Positions 45,023 through 53,270 of a stretch of 64,000 nt of DNA are shown piece by piece. A program made the position numbers and the translations under genes. The DNA is taken from NCBI GenBank assembly GCA_900769565.1, contig CAAGHC010000003.1:20949-84948 (forward strand), written 5' to 3'. Below the pieces are notes generated by a model. The model saw only the letters and a list, made by a program, of their open reading frames with translations, did no database searches and was not told the DNA's origin. The DNA comes from Clostridia bacterium. Lineage in GTDB: Bacteria; Bacillota; Clostridia; Christensenellales; Borkfalkiaceae. Position 1 is the stretch's first letter. Every line of letters starts with the position of its first letter.

Positions 45023-46399
45023 TTAAACCATTTGTTCGGGGTGGAAAACTTCGTCGAATTTTTCCGCCGTCAAAAATCCTAATTCAACACACGCTTGCTT
45101 TAACGATACGCCGTCTTTGAACGCCTTCTTTGCAGTCTTTGCAGCGTTTTCATAACCGATATACGGGTTAAGTGCCGTTACTAGCATTAAAGAGTTGTGT
45201 AAGTTGTGGTCCATCTTTTCACGGTTTGCTTTAATACCAACTGCGCAGTTTACGTTAAATGAAACGATTGCCTCTGCCAAAAGTCTTGCCGATTGCAAGA
45301 AGTTGTACATACATACGGGCATGAATACGTTAAGTTCAAAGTTTCCTTGAGATGCAGCCATTGCAACTGCAACGTCGTTACCCATAACTTGAACGGCAAC
45401 CATGGTAACGGCCTCGCATTGAGTGGGATTAACCTTACCAGGCATGATTGACGAACCAGGTTCGTTTTCGGGAATAAAGATTTCACCAAGACCGTCACGT
45501 GGACCACTTGCGAGCCAACGTACGTCGTTAGCAATCTTCATCATATCACATGCGAGCGCCTTGATTGCGCCGTGTGCGAATACGAGTTCGTCTTTACTAG
45601 TTAATGCGTGGAATTTGTTGCCTGCGGTTACGAAAGCCTTTCCGGTAATTTCACTTACCTTTTTAGCAACTAATTCATCAAAACCTTTAGGTGCGTTTAA
45701 GCCCGTACCAACTGCAGTGCCACCGAGAGCAAGTTCTGCTAAAGGCTTAATAGAAAGTTTCAAAAGTTCAACGTCACGTTCCAAACTAGTTCTCCAACCG
45801 CTGATTTCTTGGCTGAACTTAATGGGCGTTGCATCTTGAAGGTGAGTTCTACCACACTTAACAACCCCTTCGTTTTCCTTTTCCAAACGGATAAAGGTAT
45901 CGATAAGAGATTGAACTGCGGGGATAAGTTTGTCTTCAATAACGGTAACTGCAGAAATGTGCATTGCCGTCGGGAAAGTGTCGTTTGAAGACTGACTCAT
46001 ATTAATATCGTCGTTGGGGTGAAGAATTTTCTTACCTGCGATTTCATTACCCCTATTTGCAATAACTTCGTTCGCATTCATGTTAGATTGCGTGCCAGAC
46101 CCCGTTTGCCATACAACGAGCGGGAAGTGGTCGTTAAGCGAACCGCTCATAACTTCGTCGCAAGCTTTAGCGATAGCGTTAACTTTTTCCGCCGTCATTT
46201 TTTCAGGACGGAGTTCGTGGTTTGCAAGTGCGGCTGCTTTTTTGAGTACGCCGAATGCACGGGTAATTTCCCTAGGCATAGTTTCAATGTCCACACCTAT
46301 CTTAAAATTCTCGTGACTGCGTTGAGTTTGTGCCGCCCAGTAACGGTCTGCGGGAACTTTTACTTCTCCCATTGAATCGTGTTCGATACGATAATCCAT
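45023..46399 (-). CDS. fumC: class II fumarate hydratase
   Basis: 458 aa with the GSSIMPGKVNPTQCE signature and a typical FumC N-terminus (MDYRIEHDSMGEVKVPADRYWAAQTQRS). Confidence 0.93.
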   Translation of the reverse strand: MDYRIEHDSMGEVKVPADRYWAAQTQRSHENFKIGVDIETMPREITRAFGVLKKAAALANHELRPEKMTAEKVNAIAKACDEVMSGSLNDHFPLVVWQTGSGTQSNMNANEVIANRGNEIAGKKILHPNDDINMSQSSNDTFPTAMHISAVTVIEDKLIPAVQSLIDTFIRLEKENEGVVKCGRTHLQDATPIKFSQEISGWRTSLERDVELLKLSIKPLAELALGGTAVGTGLNAPKGFDELVAKKVSEITGKAFVTAGNKFHALTSKDELVFAHGAIKALACDMMKIANDVRWLASGPRDGLGEIFIPENEPGSSIMPGKVNPTQCEAVTMVAVQVMGNDVAVAMAASQGNFELNVFMPVCMYNFLQSARLLAEAIVSFNVNCAVGIKANREKMDHNLHNSLMLVTALNPYIGYENAAKTAKKAFKDGVSLKQACVELGFLTAEKFDEVFHPEQMV

Positions 46400-46509
46400 T
46401 TTTTACGTCTCCTTGATAGTAATTTTCTTTCGACCTTACCAAACTGCCGAAAGGTAAAAATCGCATAAAATCCCTTATAATCGTGATTGTATATATTATA
46501 ACAAACTGC

Positions 46510-46538
46510 TTGCAAATTGTAAATGGTTTAATTTGCAA
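46510..46538. promoter_or_regulatory. inverted repeat TTGCAAATT-N11-AATTTGCAA upstream of the fumC-hdr-frd operon
   Basis: 9-bp perfect arms, 110-140 bp upstream of the fumC start, in the divergent region shared with azlC. Confidence 0.3.
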
Positions 46539-46724
46539 TTTTAATAAAAAATTGGAATAAGTTTATAACTTTTTTGTTATATTGACCCAACATTTACCAT
46601 AAATGGACTGTTTTAACAGTTTTTGTGTTATATTAACACTTTATTTTTTCATACTCAACCCACTTTTTGTTGCCTAACCAAAATTTTTGTGATAAAATAC
46701 TGCTTGTTTTTAGGAGCAAAACTA

Positions 46725-47465
46725 ATGAAAAACACCACAAACGGAAATAAACTTTCCATGAAAAACGGAATAAAAGACGGATTGCCGATAGGTCTTGGCT
46801 ACCTTTCGGTTTCTTTTGCGTTCGGCGTGCAAGCAAGCATTGCGGGAATTCCACTTTTCATGTCCGTTTTTATCTCTATGACCAACCTAACTTCAGCAGG
46901 GCAACTTGCAGGGCTCACGGTTATAGCGACGCTTGGAACTATTCTTGAAATGATACTCACTCAACTAGTTATCAACGCTAGATATTTTTTGATGAGCATA
47001 ACCCTATCGCAAAAACTTGACGACGGATTTAGTACGGGGCACAGATTTTTCTCTTCGGCATTTATTACCGACGAAATTTTTGCAGTCGCCTCGTCAAAAC
47101 CACATCTTATAAACAAAAAATATTTTTACGGTTTGGTAATTCTACCATACTTCGGTTGGGCGCTTGGCACTTTGCTCGGCGCAGCGGCGGGAAACGTTCT
47201 TCCCACCCAAATAACCAACGCTTTGGGCATTGCCCTTTACGCCATGTTTATAGCAATTATAATTCCCCCGTCGCTAAAATCTTTAGGCATTGCTTGCACG
47301 GTAATTTTTAGTGCAGGATTAAGTTCGATTTTCTATTACGTACCCGTCCTAAAACAGTCGATTTCCGGTGGCCTTGCCACTATAATATGCGCACTCGTAA
47401 CCGCTTTAGTTATTGCGGTAATTTTCCCCGTTCCGCAGAAGGAGGAAAGAAATGAGTCTTGCTAA
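46725..47465 (+). CDS. azlC: AzlC family branched-chain amino acid transport protein
   Basis: Start at the ATG after taggag; the ORF extends upstream to 46623. GIKDGLPIGLGYLSVSFAFGV is a typical AzlC N-terminus. Confidence 0.8.
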   Translation: MKNTTNGNKLSMKNGIKDGLPIGLGYLSVSFAFGVQASIAGIPLFMSVFISMTNLTSAGQLAGLTVIATLGTILEMILTQLVINARYFLMSITLSQKLDDGFSTGHRFFSSAFITDEIFAVASSKPHLINKKYFYGLVILPYFGWALGTLLGAAAGNVLPTQITNALGIALYAMFIAIIIPPSLKSLGIACTVIFSAGLSSIFYYVPVLKQSISGGLATIICALVTALVIAVIFPVPQKEERNESC

Positions 47466-47760
47466 AATGGCGCTTATGATTTTGGTTATGGCAGGCGTAA
47501 CCTATTTAATACGAATGATACCGTTAGTTTTCTTCAGAAAGAAAATTAAGTCTAAATACGTTTGCAGTTTGCTTTACTATATCCCCTACGCCGTACTATC
47601 CGCAATGACCTTTCCCGCTATATTTTACTCAACGGGAAACGAGATAACGGCTCTCGTTGGCACGGTGGTTGCGCTTATCGCCACCGTTAGCAAGCGTTCT
47701 CTCATTATAGTAGCCGTTCTAGCCTGCCTTGCAGTTCTTGTAACGGGGTTCATAATCTAA
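47452..47760 (+). CDS. azlD: AzlD family protein
   Basis: 102-aa hydrophobic protein overlapping the azlC end by 14 nt. Confidence 0.75.
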   Translation: MSLAKMALMILVMAGVTYLIRMIPLVFFRKKIKSKYVCSLLYYIPYAVLSAMTFPAIFYSTGNEITALVGTVVALIATVSKRSLIIVAVLACLAVLVTGFII

Positions 47761-47793
47761 ATTAAAAAATCAAAATCTAAACTTAAAAACAAA

Positions 47794-47835
47794 ATACGCT
47801 TGCTCGAAAATCTCGAGCAAGCGTATTATTTTTTA
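47794..47835. terminator. bidirectional terminator
   Basis: 14-bp stem ATACGCTTGCTCGA-aaatc-TCGAGCAAGCGTAT with flanking T-runs on both strands. Confidence 0.75.
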
Positions 47836-47845
47836 TGGTCGATGT

Positions 47846-50461
47846 TTATTTATGCGCTTTTATAAAACCGATTGCTTTAGCAAGTTCCATAATCACTACG
47901 GGAACAAACGAAAGCCCCAACGCAATCAAGTATGCTTGATAAGGCAATATAACGAGTTCAAAGGCTATGCGAACGGGGGTAAATAATACGAGTGCCATGA
48001 GCGCGAGCGACGCAAGTGCAGACAAGTTTAATTTACTATTCCCGAACGGATTAATCTTAAAGAGCGAATGGTCGGAACGCATATTGAAAGCGTGCACAAT
48101 CTGCGATACTGCCAAGGTCATAAACGCCATGGTTTGACCACCTTGAGCGCCCATGTAACCTTCGCCGAGTTTATAACTTACAAGCGAAAGAATAGCAAAC
48201 ATTAAACCTTGCAATACAACCCTTACGCCCATTCCGTTAGCAAAAATACCTTCGTCCTTGGGTTTGGGTTTTTTCTTCATAACGTCGTCTTCCACAGGTT
48301 CCATTCCAAGCGCAATTGCAGGCAAACTATCCGTCACCAAATTTATCCATAAAAGTTGCATGGAAAGCAAGGGCGTTACTTGCCACAATAACATTGCAAC
48401 GAACACGGTTATTACCTCACCGATATTCGTACCGAGCAAAAAGCCCACTACTTTTTTGATGTTTGCATAAATTCCACGGCCTTCCTTTACGGCATCTACG
48501 ATAGTCGCAAAATTGTCGTCGGTAAGGGTCATATCGGCAGCGCCTTTAGCAACGTCCGTACCCGTAATACCCATAGCGCAACCTATATCGGCAGCCTTTA
48601 GCGCAGGGGCGTCGTTAACGCCGTCACCCGTCATAGAAACTACCTGCCCCTTTCTTTGCCATGCCTTAACAATTCGTATTTTATTTTCTGGGGAAACACG
48701 GGCGTAAACGGAAATGGTTTCTACTTGAGCGTCTAATTCAGCATCACTCATGGCGTCTAACTCACTACCCGTGATTGCTCTATCCCCGTCCAAAAGTATA
48801 CCTAATTCTCTAGCGATTGCAGATGCTGTAACTACGTGGTCACCCGTAATCATAACGGGTTTAATCCCTGCCTCACGGCACACTCTAACAGCCTCTTTGG
48901 CTTCGGGTCTGGGTGGGTCAATCATTCCCACTAGCCCCATGAAAGTAAGGTCTGTTTCTAGCGTGTTAGCAGTAATCTCGTTAGGAAGTTGGTCAATCAC
49001 TTTATAACCCACGGCAAGCACACGAAGAGCGCTAGAACTCATTTGGTCACAAATCTTTCTAGCGAGCGCCAAATCACCCTTTACGCAACGGTCTGCCATA
49101 ACGTCGAATGCGCCTTTAACTATAACGACTTTCTTTCCGTCAATCTCGTTTACCGTGCTCATTAATTTTCTGTCAGAGTCGAACGGTAATCCTGCGATAC
49201 GGGGATACGTTTTATTCAAATCTTCCTTACTAAATCCATGCTTATAGGTAGCGAAAACTATAGCCGTTTCGGTGGGGTCGCCTATATGAACTTCTTTGCC
49301 GTTTTCAAACTCTACCGAGCCGTCGCAACAAAGCGTTCCGTACTTTAAAAGTTCTATCGCACTAGCAGAAATCTCACCATCTAGATTTTCGGTGTTATCT
49401 GCACCGTCCACGAAAGTTTTTACTAGTGTCATGCGATTCATAGTAAGCGTACCCGTCTTATCAGAACAGATAACCGACGCACTACCTAGCGTTTCAACTG
49501 CAGGCAAGCGCTTGATGATTGCATTCTTCTTTACCATGCGTTGAACGCCTATCGCAAGCACTATGGTAACTATTGCAGGCAAACCTTCGGGGATTGCCGA
49601 TACTGCAAGCGATACTGCTATCATGAATATCTCGATAACTTCCATTTCGCTTATTAAGCCTATAACGAATATAATCGCACATACGCCTAAAGCAAGGAAA
49701 CCCAAGTATTTTCCGAGTTTTGCAAGTTTCTTCTGTAAGGGGGTTTGCGTTTCGCTCTCACCCGATAAAAGGTTGGCAATTTTACCCATTTCGGTATTCA
49801 TGCCCGTTGCCGTGACTACTGCAACTGCCGTACCGTAAGTAATGCTACAACCTGAAAACACCATATTTTGTCTATCGCCAAGCGGTGCGTTTTCCTTAAC
49901 GACTTGGTCAGCATCTTTCTCACTAGGAACGGACTCACCCGTTAGCGCAGCCTCTTCACTCTTAAGACTTGCGCTCTTAATAAGTCTAGCGTCGGCGGGA
50001 ACGAAGTCCCCAGCCTCAAGTAAAATTATATCCCCTGGAACTAGGTCGGATGCGTTTATGATACATTCCTTTCCGTCACGCAAAACTCTTGCGTGCGGTG
50101 CAGACATGTTTTTAAGAGCGTCAAGCGCCTTTTCGGCTTTACTTTCCTGCGTTACGCCCATAACAGCGTTTAACACTACTATCAAAAGTATAAGCGCAGG
50201 CTCAAAGAATTCCCTAGTGTTCCCCTCTACGCAAGCGATTACGAAAGACACGATTGCCGCAATTATAAGTATAATAATCATTGCGTCTTTGAACTGCTCT
50301 ATAAATCTCGTTAAATTGCTTTTCTTCTTTTTTTCATTAAGTTTGTTTAGCCCGTATTCAGCCTGCCTTTTGGAAACTTCCACCTGTGAAAGCCCGACTG
50401 CCGAGTCGGTATTCAACGACGATAGCGTTTCCTTTGCAGAAACGGAATGATAAGTTGCCAT
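47846..50461 (-). CDS. P-type (type IIA-like) cation-transporting ATPase, Ca2+/Mn2+ type
   Basis: 871 aa: ICSDKTGTLT phosphorylation motif, TGDGVNDAPALK, MITGDH, PEGLP. Confidence 0.92.
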   Translation of the reverse strand: MATYHSVSAKETLSSLNTDSAVGLSQVEVSKRQAEYGLNKLNEKKKKSNLTRFIEQFKDAMIIILIIAAIVSFVIACVEGNTREFFEPALILLIVVLNAVMGVTQESKAEKALDALKNMSAPHARVLRDGKECIINASDLVPGDIILLEAGDFVPADARLIKSASLKSEEAALTGESVPSEKDADQVVKENAPLGDRQNMVFSGCSITYGTAVAVVTATGMNTEMGKIANLLSGESETQTPLQKKLAKLGKYLGFLALGVCAIIFVIGLISEMEVIEIFMIAVSLAVSAIPEGLPAIVTIVLAIGVQRMVKKNAIIKRLPAVETLGSASVICSDKTGTLTMNRMTLVKTFVDGADNTENLDGEISASAIELLKYGTLCCDGSVEFENGKEVHIGDPTETAIVFATYKHGFSKEDLNKTYPRIAGLPFDSDRKLMSTVNEIDGKKVVIVKGAFDVMADRCVKGDLALARKICDQMSSSALRVLAVGYKVIDQLPNEITANTLETDLTFMGLVGMIDPPRPEAKEAVRVCREAGIKPVMITGDHVVTASAIARELGILLDGDRAITGSELDAMSDAELDAQVETISVYARVSPENKIRIVKAWQRKGQVVSMTGDGVNDAPALKAADIGCAMGITGTDVAKGAADMTLTDDNFATIVDAVKEGRGIYANIKKVVGFLLGTNIGEVITVFVAMLLWQVTPLLSMQLLWINLVTDSLPAIALGMEPVEDDVMKKKPKPKDEGIFANGMGVRVVLQGLMFAILSLVSYKLGEGYMGAQGGQTMAFMTLAVSQIVHAFNMRSDHSLFKINPFGNSKLNLSALASLALMALVLFTPVRIAFELVILPYQAYLIALGLSFVPVVIMELAKAIGFIKAHK

Positions 50462-50562
50462 ATTTACTCCTTATAAAAGTATTTTTACCTTAAAACTTTT
50501 TTTAATTCAAAAATATTCGCTAGGTTTGTCCTTTTATGCCCGTATTAATTTATGGTTAAACA

Positions 50563-50714
50563 AAAAACCGAACATATTTTACTATGCTCGGTTTTGTAAT
50601 TTTTATAAAACCCACGCATAGTTATCTACACGCAAGTCTCGTCATTTAAAGCAAACCAGCCGTCAGGCATGTTGTTGATTTGCTCCGCATTTCTGCGCCG
50701 ACTACTCCCTTACG
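50563..50714 (-). promoter_or_regulatory. yybP-ykoY-like (Mn2+) riboswitch leader with terminator/antiterminator
   Basis: Minus strand: P1 CGUAAG ... CUUGCG encloses GGAGUAG at the 5' side and GAGAC at the 3' side, with internal pairings AGCAAA/UUUGCU and GCA-GAAA-UGC. This is followed by the terminator AAAACCGAGCAUA-guaaaa-UAUGUUCGGUUUUUU and the competing segment CUAUGCGUGGGUUUU. Confidence 0.6.
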
Positions 50715-50724
50715 GAATAATCTT

Positions 50725-50753
50725 ATTTTAACATCAAAATTATTCGGTGTCAA
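50725..50753 (-). promoter_or_regulatory. sigma-70-type promoter of the riboswitch/ATPase transcript
   Basis: TTGACA, 17-nt spacer, TAAAAT, ending about 10 nt upstream of the P1 stem. Confidence 0.55.
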
Positions 50754-50767
50754 CTTTTATATGCTAT

Positions 50768-52183
50768 TTACGAAAAGAATGCTATTATGCCGAATACCCA
50801 GAACGCAATCAAAATTACGGGAAGAATATATTTAGCATAAACTTTAATCTTTTCAGGCAAAGTCAAACCTTTGCCGAGATTTGCCTCGGTAAGGAATTGA
50901 TTCCAACCCCACGCCTTTCTGTCTAAAGTACAGAAAAGAACGTACACGAGCGAGCCTAAAGGCAATATGTTGTTGCTTATAATAAAGTCTTCTAAATCCA
51001 TAATTACCGAGCCTTCGCCAAACGGTTGAACGCCCGATAAAAGGTTAAAGCCTAGTGCACAAGGCAAGCCTAAAACTATAAGCATGCACATACTTATAAG
51101 ACAAGATTTCTTTCTTGACCAGCCCCATTTATCCATACCGAATGCAAGTATATTTTCAAATACTGCAGTAACCGTAGACATTGCGGCAAAAATCATGAAC
51201 AAGAAGAATAGCGTACCCCAAATTCTACCACCTGCCATTTGGTTAAATATATTTGGCATGGTTTGGAATATTAAGCCTGGGCCTGCCTCGGGCGCACCCG
51301 TTACGGGGAAAGCAAACGATGCGGGAATTACTATTAAACCTGCAATAAACGCAACTGCCGTATCAAGCCCTGCAACTGAAACTGCCTCACCGAAAAGCCT
51401 TCTGTCTTTTTTGATATAACTACCGAAAATAGCCATTGAGCCCATGCCGATAGATAGAGTAAAGAAAGCCTGACCAAGTGCGGCAAAAATTACTTCGCCA
51501 AGAATAAACTCTCCGTCTGCGTTGTAGATAAGTTTGGAAAAATCTGGAACGAGATAATACTTTAAGCCTTCGCCTGCATTAGGTAAAGTACAAACGTAAA
51601 CTGCAAGCACTAAAATTATCGCAAAAAGCATTAGCATCATTACTTTGTTTACTTTTTCCACGCCCTTTTTAAGGCCTAAAGAGCAAATGAAAAAGCCCAC
51701 TACGGTAACGAAAATCATAAAGCCTACGAGTAGCCATGCGTTAGAAGTTACCTGCCCGAACTGTGCGTAAACTTGGTCTGCATTTTGGCCAACGAAATCG
51801 CCTTTTAGCATCTTGATAAAATAAATGAACATCCAACCGGTAACGGTAGTGTAGAACATCATTAAAAGATAGTTACCAACAATTCCTACCCAACCGAAAT
51901 AGTGCCATTTAGTATTTTCTGGCTCAAGCGCCGTAAAAGACCCTGCTAAACTCTTTTGACTTGCTCTACCAACAGAAAATTCCATGGTCATTATCGGAAG
52001 TCCGAAAAGAATTAAAAACAATAGATAAATAAGTATGAACGCAGCGCCACCGTACTGACTTACTATGTACGGAAAACGCCATACGTTACCTAGCCCTATT
52101 GCGCACCCTGCCGAAATTAGCAAAAAGCCTAGCCTTGAACCAAACTTTTCTCTGCCTTCGGTTTGTAAATTTTTATTTGACAT
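50768..52183 (-). CDS. sodium:neurotransmitter symporter (SNF) family transporter
   Basis: GLGNVWRFPY signature; 471 aa, multi-pass. Confidence 0.9.
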   Translation of the reverse strand: MSNKNLQTEGREKFGSRLGFLLISAGCAIGLGNVWRFPYIVSQYGGAAFILIYLLFLILFGLPIMTMEFSVGRASQKSLAGSFTALEPENTKWHYFGWVGIVGNYLLMMFYTTVTGWMFIYFIKMLKGDFVGQNADQVYAQFGQVTSNAWLLVGFMIFVTVVGFFICSLGLKKGVEKVNKVMMLMLFAIILVLAVYVCTLPNAGEGLKYYLVPDFSKLIYNADGEFILGEVIFAALGQAFFTLSIGMGSMAIFGSYIKKDRRLFGEAVSVAGLDTAVAFIAGLIVIPASFAFPVTGAPEAGPGLIFQTMPNIFNQMAGGRIWGTLFFLFMIFAAMSTVTAVFENILAFGMDKWGWSRKKSCLISMCMLIVLGLPCALGFNLLSGVQPFGEGSVIMDLEDFIISNNILPLGSLVYVLFCTLDRKAWGWNQFLTEANLGKGLTLPEKIKVYAKYILPVILIAFWVFGIIAFFS

Positions 52184-52211
52184 AATTTACCCCCTTTTTC
52201 CTTGGTTTTAT

Positions 52212-53195
52212 TTACTCGCTTTTAGAAATAGCGTCGCCACTATTTTCCAAAATTGCGTCGTCACCTTTGTTATCGCTTTTGCTTTTACTAAATATCTTTT
52301 TTATATCGGGTTTAAGTTCGCTAATAAGCACTGCCCCAAACACGGCAACAAAGCCTAAAATTAACCCGAACGATAAAGTTTCCGCACCCATAATAACCGA
52401 AAATATTGCGCCGAAAACTGCTTCTAAACTTAAAATTATAGCCGATTGATTTGGTTTAACGAACTTTTGACCTATTATCTGCGCAAACTGTGTCATTAGA
52501 GTACAAACTAAAGTAAGATAGCCTATCTTTGAAAGTTGTTCCATGTTTAGTTTATAGCCCGAAATACCTACTTTAGGTAGTTCGATTATAAGTGAAGAAA
52601 TAGCACAGACTACGCCAACGGTCAATAGTTCGAAAACTAGCATCTTTAACGGGTCTTTCCCCTTGCCTTGAAAGTAATCGATAAAGATTATTTGCAAAGC
52701 AAAAAAGATTGCGCCCATAAGCGTAAGCCCGTCGCCCAAAATTAAATTACTGCCCGTTTCATTCTTTCCAGCAAAAGCAATTAAGCCTATACCCGTAATA
52801 CATAAAACGGCTGCAAAAACGTTATAAATCTTCGGTTTCTTTCTAAACAACAGCCAAACCAAAAAAGGACAAAGCACGCAGTAAGACGAAGTTAGAAACG
52901 CATTCTGACTAGGCGTAGTGTATTTTAGCCCCGAAGTTTGCGTTAGATACGCACCTGCTAATATCAAACCTAAAACCACACCACCTAGAAAAGTGCCTTT
53001 ATCAATCTTGATTATACGTTTAATGAATACTATTGCAAGCACCGCCCCTGCCGTTAAAAATCTTAACGAAATAACGTAAAAAGCAGGTACGGTTTCAATA
53101 GTTTGTTTTAAGAAAACGAAAGACGTACCCCACGCCAGCGTTGCAAAAAGCAATAAAATTATTCCTATAATATTCGTCTTTTTATTTTCAAGCAT
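52212..53195 (-). CDS. EamA/DMT family transporter
   Basis: 327 aa, about 10 TM helices in two EamA-like halves. Confidence 0.8.
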   Translation of the reverse strand: MLENKKTNIIGIILLLFATLAWGTSFVFLKQTIETVPAFYVISLRFLTAGAVLAIVFIKRIIKIDKGTFLGGVVLGLILAGAYLTQTSGLKYTTPSQNAFLTSSYCVLCPFLVWLLFRKKPKIYNVFAAVLCITGIGLIAFAGKNETGSNLILGDGLTLMGAIFFALQIIFIDYFQGKGKDPLKMLVFELLTVGVVCAISSLIIELPKVGISGYKLNMEQLSKIGYLTLVCTLMTQFAQIIGQKFVKPNQSAIILSLEAVFGAIFSVIMGAETLSFGLILGFVAVFGAVLISELKPDIKKIFSKSKSDNKGDDAILENSGDAISKSE

Positions 53196-53270
53196 TGTTC
53201 AGCACCAATAAACTTAATTATGTTACTACATTTAAATGAATTTGTCAAGTAAGAGCGATATTTTAACTTT

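Noticed and set aside
46302-46538. 78-aa minus-strand ORF upstream of fumC
   Set aside because: It overlaps the fumC start and promoter region, has no RBS, and its composition is not protein-like.
49842-50450. 202-aa plus-strand ORF and other antisense ORFs (48258-49838) within the P-type ATPase gene
   Set aside because: They lie antisense to a gene with unambiguous P-type ATPase motifs. Their Ser/Pro/Ala-rich translations are typical of shadow frames.
50563-50595. Third CCGAACAT...ATGCTCGG hairpin as part of the putative AraC-linked operator family
   Set aside because: Here it is clearly the terminator arm of the riboswitch expression platform. The similarity is probably just shared terminator sequence.
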